From NCBI RefSeq assembly GCF_009914755.1, contig NC_060937.1: a stretch of DNA of 64,000 nt, one strand, 5' to 3'. Positions 54,085-64,000 of the stretch are shown in pieces. Position 1 is the stretch's first letter, and the number at the start of each line of letters is the position of its first letter. The position numbers and the translations under genes were made by a program. Below the pieces are notes generated by a model. That model made no database searches. It worked only from the letters and a program-made list of their open reading frames with translations, and was not told where the DNA came from. This DNA comes from the human T2T-CHM13v2.0 reference genome, Homo sapiens.

Positions 54085-54616
54085 AAAACAGATAAACTCT
54101 TCAGTGGAGAAACCCGAGGACCACCGCCTGCGGCAGGTGACCGAGGCCAATAACAGTGACAGTCATGTTGGCAGAGCGATGTGATGAGAGGGGCACTTCA
54201 TCTCCACAGTCTTTCCCCCAAAAACCCACAGCCCCAGGCTAACCATGGGAAAACCACCGGACACATCCTGTTCTACAAAATACCTGACTGGTTCTGTCAA
54301 GGTCATCAAAAACTAGGAAAGTCTGAGAAATGTCAGAGCCTAGAGGAGCTAAGGAGATGTGAGGACTAAATGCAATGTGGGATCCTATATGGGATCCTGG
54401 GACAGAAAAAGGACACCTGGGGAAAATGAGGGAAACCTGAATCAAATATGGATGTCAGTTAGTGACAGCACATCAATATTGATTGTAACCAACGTACCCA
54501 CCAAAGTAAGATACGCGTTCCTAATGGGAAATGGTGAGGGGCACATGCAAGCTCTGTACTCTTCACAATTCTTCTATAAATCTAACACTATCCTAAAACA
54601 GAGTTTATTTTAAAAA
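54085..54616 (+). mobile_element. L1MC/L1MD-type 3' end
   Basis: gtcaaggtcatcaaaaactaggaaagtctgagaaatgtc...aaatgcaatgtgggatcct...tctataaatctaa. Confidence 0.8.
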
Positions 54617-57600
54617 TCTAAGACAAAACAACAGCATGTGCACAGATATGCTATCGTCATGACTTTTGGCTACTAAGGTACACACAAAAAATCACCAGTC
54701 GTTCATGTTGATCATCAGTTGGTATTTATTGACCTAACTTGGCTGCAATTAAATCAATTGAGATAACAAGTCTAGAAAAGTCCGTGCCTAACGACTTGAA
54801 CACTTCCCTGCCTGCCCACACCTTTGCACCCTCAGCTGCCGGGCGGGCGCAGTGCAGCAGGGCCTCCCCACACTGCAGCTCAGGGCCCCTCAGCAATGGT
54901 CGCATCACTGATCAGCTCCAGGTCGTGCAGCAACTGGGGATGGTGCCTGCTCTGTTTTATCTGACAGGCCAAAGGAAGAGAATAATCTCAAGACTCATAA
55001 AATTTTGAGCTAGAATGGGGAATAAAAATCATCTGATCCTATCCCTTTGTTACATAGATGGGGAAAACAGCTCAGAGAGCCAAATGTCAAACAGGGTCAC
55101 AGGCTCTGCAGGCGCAGTCCTCCTCTGGAGTTCCGGCAGTATCACAGGTAGGAAGGAAATGATATCATGGTTTAGCAAGTGGGGCAAAGTGGGGAGGAAA
55201 TGAGGAGGGAGCGCTGCTTGTGGAACAGTGATGGAGTGGGAAAATCAGAACCTAGAGTTTGAGAAGAGCAGGAAAAGGGCCCCTGAGGCCAAGAGAAGAG
55301 CAAGCAGAGAGATGGATGGCTTCCCAGGTTGCTTTCAGCAACACAAGGGACTGCTTCAGCAAGCTCTCATGCCAGAGCAGTTCTGAGGTGTCTCAGCAAC
55401 ACAGGGATGCCTGCGGCTTCCTAGGCAGTTAAGTGAGAGCCTCCGAGTGGCACTAGGGAGGAGGAGGAGCAGGAACCAAGGACCTAGTGCTGCTGGGACC
55501 CCAGGATCTGCAGGCTCAGGGAGTGATTTCTCCTGGAAATGCCTTTTTCTTTTCTTCCTTTTGGGGAATTAGCCAGATTTATTCAAGTCAAATTGCAAAG
55601 CACAACAAAGCGTTTAGTAAACAATTGCGTGGATAGTAAGTTGGAAGGGAAAATGCAACATTGCAACATAGCCCTCAGCTGAAAAGCCTGTGCTGGGAGA
55701 TGTGCAAAAATTGCTGCGAAGTCACTTCTCAATATCCCTTTTGGCAGGGAGGGAGTCGTTTAAGTAGACGGAGCCTTGAAGAGAAACAGGGTGTGAAAGC
55801 TCTTGTTTCGGATCTGGCTGGGAAATGTGGCTAGGGGATGCACAGACAGTGCCTGCCTGCTCCCAACCTCTCCCAGATGTCACTTCTGCTCAAGAATAAG
55901 CAGATTCTCTCCATAAAACACTAAAGGCCAAGTGCAAGGGAGAGACAAAGCTACTCAATAGCATTTTCTTTCCTAGGCCTCACAGGATAACATAACCTAA
56001 GCGCGCCCAGAAGGTGAGAAGGGGTCGCCCTGCCTTTCTCTGTCCTGGGCTTTTCAGGAGGGCTATTTCCTTTTTGCACTCCTTTCTCAAAAACGTGCTG
56101 TTGTCCTAGGCAGAACCAAAGCCACAAGAGGAACCAAACGGAATCTTGGCAAGGAGCGCACCAGAGCCCAGACACACTCCAGTTAACATAGTTCTGGGCC
56201 TCTGTAGAACGGAAGGCGAATGTGAGCCGGCTGCTCGCATAAGAGGACAAATGACGTCCATGGAGGTGCGCAGATGCAAAGCCTATGTGCACACATGCAC
56301 GTATGTCACCACAGCACAGATCACTGCTGCCAGTTGAGAACCCAAAGAACCAAGCAACTTATGCTGGGGGGACCTCTGAACCCCCTTCAAAATGAAGGGG
56401 CAGGTTATTAAATTACTGTAAGCTTAGATACAGATAACGGTTTTCTAACATAATGTGAAAAGGGACTTTCTGGTGAGACACCTGTGCACAGCTGCGCTCA
56501 TTTCCCCTGAATAGGTACGCAGCGGCCCGTTTTATCCGGGTATAGTTCTTGGCCTGTTTCCCCCACACCAAGCCCAGGGAAGTGCTGGAGGGAAGTGCTT
56601 GGGTCTCAGTGGGGTGGGGTGGGGACAACTGGGACCCCTACAGGAGATTACTTTTACCTTGGTTACTTCTTAAGTATTGCTTGCTATCTAGGGAGAGGGC
56701 AAACTGAATTCCTTTGGAAGACACTGGAACAAAGATGCAGCCAACTGCTGCTGAGAAGCCCAGGGCTGATAATCTGGAGAATGTAAATGTCTCAGGCTAG
56801 GTGTTCATTCCTACTTCCCAGGGTAGGAGAAAATGAGACACTTACTCTGTCCTGGGTTTATTTTAAGAAATATCCTGTCTCCTTGGAAGTAATGCAAAAA
56901 CCTGTTCTCCAAGTGGTTTTATCTGTCAGCATTTTGTACACATTATACCAGCTCTTACATTCATGCCAGGACTCCAAAGCTGGTTGTTCAACCAACAGTG
57001 AGGCTGCACGAAGCTACTCCGCACAGACTTAGCTAACCATTCCAACCCCAGCAAGCAAAGTCAGGTTGGTAGAGACTTCCTGCTGTTGGGGTTTACACAG
57101 AAAGTTGCCAGAATACTTTGAGAGCATCACCTGGAAATTAGGTGGGGAGGAATTTATACAACAGTTGATGCCTCCTTTTATTTGAGGGTTTGATGGAAAT
57201 CTTGCAAGCCCAAGGGTCTCGGATCCCTCTTGCTCCCTGTCATTTATTATCAAAGAACACTTACCTGAGGGGTATCCTCAGAAAAGCACGTTTCCCACAG
57301 GAATTCTAACTCTGCATTCTATTCTAGTAACCACTACATAACACCAGGAGTAAAATGACCCAATGAGTCAGAATTTGAGATAAAGACTCTCTTATGTTCT
57401 ATTTTAAAGATTTCTGATACAAGTGACAGGGTGAATGGTGTGACGTTTTCACCTTGAATTTAACGGATCATTCCACCACTGATACATTCCAGCTTAATGG
57501 CTTCCCTGGGGGCCAGGAGGAGTCAAAAGCAAGCTGTTATACGACACTCGGAAATGCCCTTCTTTCAAGAAAATCTTCATCTTGGGATCTTTAAGAAGCC

Positions 57601-58479
57601 AATGCTTTTAGCTTCCCCTTTCAGTGGCCTTCAGAATGGCCAGGCCCCAGTCGACCCCTTTCTCCAGGCACCTGGTGGGAGCCATCCAGAGGGAAATCTT
57701 TCACCCTCGCAGGAGAAAGACTGTGGTCTACGTTTGTATCAGGCTAAGGAATCTCTGTCTTTATTAGGGTGGTATTACTATTATAGGATATCATGAATGG
57801 GTGGGCATAGTCAATGGCGTCTTTTCAGCTTTCCTCAACAAGAGTGGCTGGTCAACCTCATGGCTGGCATGTGGGCAGCTGCTCAGCAGTCAAGGAGTGT
57901 TCCAGACTGAGTGTGCACAGAAGGGGCAGGGCTCACACAGCTGAGTGAGCTGCAGCCACAGGTGGGAGAAGGGGATGCTGGCCACGATGAGAGAGGACGT
58001 GGAGTCTCAATGACAAGGGCAAAACCTGTGTGGAAGGAAGTGATCTCAAAGCAGGATCCACTTCCCCCCAGATGTTAGGAGGCCCAGGTGCAAGAACTTA
58101 CATTTTGAAAAACAAGTCAGATCAGATGGGACTAGCGGACACTAAGGATGGAGACGGAAGGAGGTAGGCATGGTGTTATAAAAAAAGAGGTAAGGAAGAG
58201 ACAGAACTGAACACGGTCTTGAGAAGGAGCAATGGAGGTCCCTTAACAGGCAGAAAGAGACTCAGAACAGAAAAGGAAATTAACCGTGGTCAGTGCCTAA
58301 GACCATCAGAGGACAGGTCATAACTGACCTAACAGGGACTCATTAATCCCAGGTGAACTGAGTCTGGTACAATGGTAGACCACAGTCTTTCTCCTGTCGT
58401 CAGAAGCCACTGCCAATTTGGGCGTGAGGGGCAGGGAGCAGATAGGAGGATTGATCTTAACAAGTTTAGTACATAGCAA

Positions 58480-58960
58480 AGGGAAAACCCCTATTCATAA
58501 ACATTCAATTCACGTACAATGTATAGAAGACTGACAAATAGAGACTAGCATAACTGGGAAAATCATGAGTAACATGCTCACTAATGTTGAATACAGTTTA
58601 ACATCATTCTGGATGTTAACATGATGTCACTAAGAGAAGTGGAAAAAATGAGAAAAACCCTTCCCGTCCAAGAGTAGGAAAAATTATGAATAACTTGTAA
58701 TAAAATATGACAAAATAATGTAGCCATTAAGAATGTCTTTCTAGACTATGTATGGACAATGAAGAAATGTTCATGACAGGTTCACAGAAAAATACTACAA
58801 AAGTATATATTTTTGGATAAACAAAGTACATATGTATTCTTTAAATGCCAGATAAAAAGTATATCAAAATATTAGTAGCAGTAATTTTACTATTCACTAT
58901 CATAATACTTTTCAAAATTCTCTTTAAAAATTCTATTTTATTTTTATCATAAAAAAAAAC
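58480..58960 (+). mobile_element. Old L1ME-like AT-rich fragments
   Basis: aatgtagccattaagaatg...aaatattagtagcagtaatttt. Confidence 0.45.
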
Positions 58961-59058
58961 ACATACAATCTTTCCAAAGTCATTCTGCATTGCAGAAGGC
59001 ATGTTCACCTACGGGGAGTACAGGCAGAGAATACCTTTCACTGTGCAAAGCGTCACTA

Positions 59059-59598
<540 letters not shown>

Positions 59599-60507
59599 GA
59601 CTAAATGAGCTCCACGACCATAAGAAAATTGAATTGGAGAGAGTAAATCAAAGAATCCTCATACTCAAAAGTATGAGGATGGGAAGGGTGGTTCAAAATT
59701 ATGCAGCTTAAAAAAAAAAACCAATCGTCCACTTGTGCAGTGAGCGGCAGAGAAAGAAACAACGGCACAGTGCAAGGCCCCAGTCTCACTGGGCAGCGGC
59801 TCTGCCTACAATGAAATATGACTTCTGAGCTTGGACTCTTTTAAAGGCCCTGGGGTCTACATCTGGCTGACTCCAGGCAGCTAGTGACACGCTAAGGATA
59901 TAACTAAATTCCACCCAAAGTGACTGATCCCATGCCTGTTATGTGCAAAGCACTGTGACAACTGGGGTTTAAGAGAAATGGGCAAACCCCCAGTCCTTAT
60001 TCTTGGAAAGCACAGAGTGGTGGGGTTGCGGGGGGTGCGAGGCTATGAACATACACTCCTGGAGCACTAGGGTCCCAAAGGAGAGTGTGGGACAAAGAAA
60101 AGGTCTGTCTCAAAAGGCCACTACTTTCATGGGGGAAAAAAGGTGGCCTTCCATCAAGAAGTACAGAGGCACAGAGCCATTTGGGCACTTCCATATATCG
60201 AGCTGGAGGCCTTGGTTACAAAGACACTTTACACTCTTCTAAAATCCACAAGCTGCAGGCAATGTGACTGCTCAAGTCTGGCACAAGGGGGCCCAAGGGC
60301 CAGGGTGATGACTCAACCAGGGGTTTCAGTCCTTCAGGCCTCCCTGACTTCACAATCAGAAAGCCTGAGAGCCCTGCCTCCCCGCCACGCGCTTCTGCCT
60401 ACTGACTCAACAGGGCTGATGGCAGAAGTTCCCAGGGACCTCTGAGGTCCCATAGACAAAGTTTACAGCCCACCACTCTAAGTCTTACAGCAAAAGCAAC
60501 ATTACAT

Positions 60508-60741
60508 GGAGAGGGGTGCGGAAGGAGGCAGGGATCAGAGGTTCCCCAGGAGGAGGGAGAAGGGTGGGGAGGAGGCAGGGATCAGAGGTTCCGCAGGAGG
60601 AGGGAGAGGGGTGGGGAGGAGGCAGGGATCACAGGTTCCGCAGGAGGAGGAAGAGGGGTGGGGAGGAGGCAGGGATCAGAGGTTCTACAGGAGGAGGGAG
60701 GGGGTGGAGAGGAGGCAAGGATCAGAGGTTCTGCAGGAGGA
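60508..60741 (+). repeat. 47-bp purine-rich minisatellite, ~5 copies
   Basis: GATCA anchor at 60533, 60580, 60627, 60674, 60720. Confidence 0.95.
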
Positions 60742-61444
60742 CAGAGTGGGGGAGAGGCGGGGACATGCGGGGAGGAGAGGACATGAGGCTCTACCACAGG
60801 TGCCATTCCTTGGGCTGAGCAGCCACCAACTGCAGAACAGCTTCCAGGCACAGTGGGGAAGTTGCCCAGCCAAGAACAACTGCCAACAGAGGCCCCAGTG
60901 CAGGCATGGCAAAGACCACAGCATCGGGCCTCAGCCAGGTTAAAGCAACATGGGAGCGCCGGGATCCCACCCACTCACACCACGAAGAGGCCCAAACAAA
61001 TAAACAAATAACCCACAGGCCGAAAGTAGACAATGCTGTCTCAGGAAGGAACCCAGTGCGATCTTTACAGCGTGAATCTGTTGCTGAAATGGTTTGCAGT
61101 CAGTAAACCGTTTTCAACTTTTAATGTCATGAGAAAACATCAAGTCCAAAAGAACATAATATAATACCAATGAGTACGTATGTGGGTGTAAAATCCTAAA
61201 ATATTAACTGAGATTATACGCATGTTTTTGTTGTTATTTTCTTCTTTTCCATCATTTGCTGTGTAGTCTAGAATGACATGTCACGCTTTCAGTGAGAAAA
61301 CAATAGTAATAACTAAAAACACCTAACATCCTGGAGCACCAGCCAAATGAAAGTCCTTTACATTTTACTTCATCTTTTCGCCCCCTTATCAGGTAGGCAA
61401 TACTTTGCATTCTAGAGACAAGGAGACGCAGGCTTGATTACAAC

Positions 61445-61540
61445 TCAGTAATTCTCAATGCTGGTTGCACATTAGAATCATCTGGGGAGATTTTTTTAAG
61501 TAATAATGCCTGGCCCCAGCACAAATCAAATAACTTCTAT
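61445..61540. mobile_element. MER5A-like remnant
   Basis: cagtaattctcaatgctggttgcacattagaatcatctggggag. Confidence 0.7.
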
Positions 61541-62324
61541 AACATTCTCCCAAGGAACGTCCCCAAGGGCATTTGACCAATGAAAGGTGCAGTTGGGGTT
61601 CAAGTCTCACTGCCTCCAAAGCCTTGAACTGCTCTCTGAATTAGATCAACAAATTCTGGGGAATGGCATGGCGGCGAGGGCAGTGGGGAGAGGGTGTAAA
61701 TACAGAAGAGGGCACAGATGGCACTGTGCCCTGTCGTAGGGGGCACAGGTGACATCGCACCTGCCTCATCGGGGGGGGGGGCAAGCTCTTCCCACTGACT
61801 CAACTCGGCCCCCTCAAGATGCTCCCCCAGGGCAAGGGCTGCATCCTGATCATCCTTCTATGCCCCTGGCACCTAGCAGGCACCAAATAGTATTGACAGG
61901 ACCACAGCACACGCAGCAGTCAGTAATCACCAATGACCTGAAATTCAGGAAGCTAATAGGGCACCCACTTTTGTCTCAGGTAATCATCACCATGACCATC
62001 AACAACTTGTGAGGGTCTTTCTATCAAAAGAGATCTTATTAGCTGAATACTGAATGGTTTCATTCACCAACGAATAAATTTGTTTCTCTAAATGAATATA
62101 AATATAAAAAGATGCTAGTTACAGATTAAAATCTAAAGCAACAGTCTTGTCTAGGAAGCCCTCTCCAAGCCCGTCTCCTCACAGGTAACCTCTGTCACAG
62201 GCTGCACCCTCTGCCCACCCCCTTCACCCCAATCAGACTATCGCCCCCATGCCACTGTGGGGACTAGCTCAGGTCCCTACCACTCTTCCTGTCCAGGTTT
62301 CCATAGGCCCAAATTCATTGTGTT

Positions 62325-62470
62325 CAACAAGGCACAACGTCAAGGTCTCTGTTTCTACGTGTGTAAAATGGGGATGGACAGTCCTGCCACTGCAAGGTGC
62401 TGTGAGGCTCACATGAGACAATGTACTAGGAAACGCCCAGAAAACAGAACTCGCTGCTCTTCAAATGCAA
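62325..62470 (+). mobile_element. MIR SINE fragment
   Basis: tctctgtttctacgtgtgtaaaatggggatg...gctgtgagg. Confidence 0.65.
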
Positions 62471-64000
62471 AGAACCATCAGCATCACCCCATGAGTAGCT
62501 ATTAATTCCTCATAATAATATTTTTCTTTTAAATCCCAATTACAACCTGTTGGTCACCTGTCTCTGCCTCACAGAAGCAGAGGGCAGACAATCCCCATCA
62601 GCTTAAGGTTCCCGTCACCAGGGTTTCCCTTCATCGAAACTTTGCCACAGTCACTGTAAGTACCACCTACTCCACTCAGCTCAAGTCTTCCAATTCTGTT
62701 TACTCAAATCAAAGATGACATAAAAAACGAGAAGCCAGTGGAAAAGCTATCAAGGACATCTTCACAAAAACCAGAGAACACCCGAAAAGCGTTTCCTCCT
62801 GAAGCCAGCAGGATGAGTGGAGAGTTGATGTCTTTCGATGTGTTTCCATCATCACTCGGGAGGGCGGTGCTTCATCAGGAGAGACGCCCACGCCCTGTGT
62901 GCAGAAATGTGTTACAACAAAAACAGGTATCCTATCCTATCCTATCCTATTGGAGCCAGGGCTCCTCTGACACGTGCCTTTTCATCACACTTGGGCAGCA
63001 TGGAAAGAAAACATCAGTCTGCACAACCTGTGGGCAGGTCCGCAGGGAGACTCTCCACTGCCTCGCAAGTGCAGCGTCAGTGAGCCAGAACCAACCAGGG
63101 AGCTGGCCCTACACAGTGGGAGCTTCCACGAAACAGGCTTTAAGTTCCCTGCCGGCACTGCATTCGGGCCTTGGAAATGGCTATGGAACTGGCTCTCACA
63201 TCTCAGAAGAAACTTGTTCTTTAAACAAATTTGTTCATTTATTTAAAAAGAAATGTTTTAAACAAAGTTCCCCCAAGATTAGAACACTGGCACTTTAATT
63301 TTCTGAGCCTCTAAGGTTTCCTGGCAGTTAAATTAGTTTTCTTTCCCTCCTTCTAAATATTTCCTCTTCCAAAAGCAAAAGGAGAATCAGCATTGCAAAC
63401 GAGAGCAAAGCAGAGGGTTCCATGCCAACCTAACTTAATTTTCACTGGACATTCACAGACTGATATTTTCCCACTCACTCATTTATTCACTCAACAAACC
63501 TTTAATAAACTCAGGCAGTCCACCAATTCACACATAGGCCTGGGAACACCTTAATCCATAAACTCCTGGAAATTTTCACTTCTCCCCCAGTCTCCCCACC
63601 ATCACGAGCAACTTTTTTTTGTGAAAAAAACTTGGAACTCCTAGAAAATTCACTGGTTCGAGAGGAGACAAAGAAAAGCTATGAACAATGGGGCACAGCC
63701 CAGGAAATGACCTGAAGAACAGCCTCACAGTGAGCGGGGCCTGCTAGAAACAGCCAACATCACACAACACCAGCTCCACGCCACACACATGCACTGCTGC
63801 ATTAAATCCCCACAAGGAAGCAATCGAGTCACAATTGCTAATCCTCTTGTAAGAATAAGAGCGCGGAGTGTAGCTGGCAGATTATATTGCCTGCTGTCAC
63901 GTAACTTGTAATAGTGAAGCCAGGATTTGAACCCAGGTCATCTAATTCCTGAAACCCTATTCCCTGCCAGGTGCCAAACTGACTCAACTTTGACCAAGCT

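Noticed and set aside
60506-60974. Gly/Arg-rich and Pro-rich ORFs
   Set aside because: Products of the 47-bp minisatellite

Overview
Human genomic DNA, recognised from its proteins as the MTUS2-SLC7A1 locus (13q12.3). The + strand holds the last six coding exons of MTUS2 (4837-20129, coiled-coil C-terminus) and its 3'UTR, with a poly(A) signal at 22845. The - strand, tail-to-tail with MTUS2, holds all 11 coding exons of SLC7A1/CAT-1 (53090-31386). These sum to 1890 nt (629 aa + stop), with GT-AG introns and consistent phases. SLC7A1 has a ~5 kb 3'UTR with miR-122 sites and several poly(A) signals; its promoter and upstream non-coding exons are not identifiable here. The rest is intronic Alu, MIR, L1, L2, MaLR and hAT remnants plus simple repeats. 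I found no evidence for a wholly new biological system. The best unexplained items are: an ungapped 237-bp, ~95% identical duplication between two SLC7A1 introns; a 250-codon alternative frame opened by skipping SLC7A1 coding exon 10; a strong CTCF motif between the convergent 3' ends; a perfect 18-bp hairpin built on everted nuclear-receptor half-sites; a 1.4-kb UG tract abutting a stop-introducing cryptic acceptor; antisense splice signals inside MTUS2; and a triplicated Alu target site. Repeat family names are by eye and their edges are approximate.
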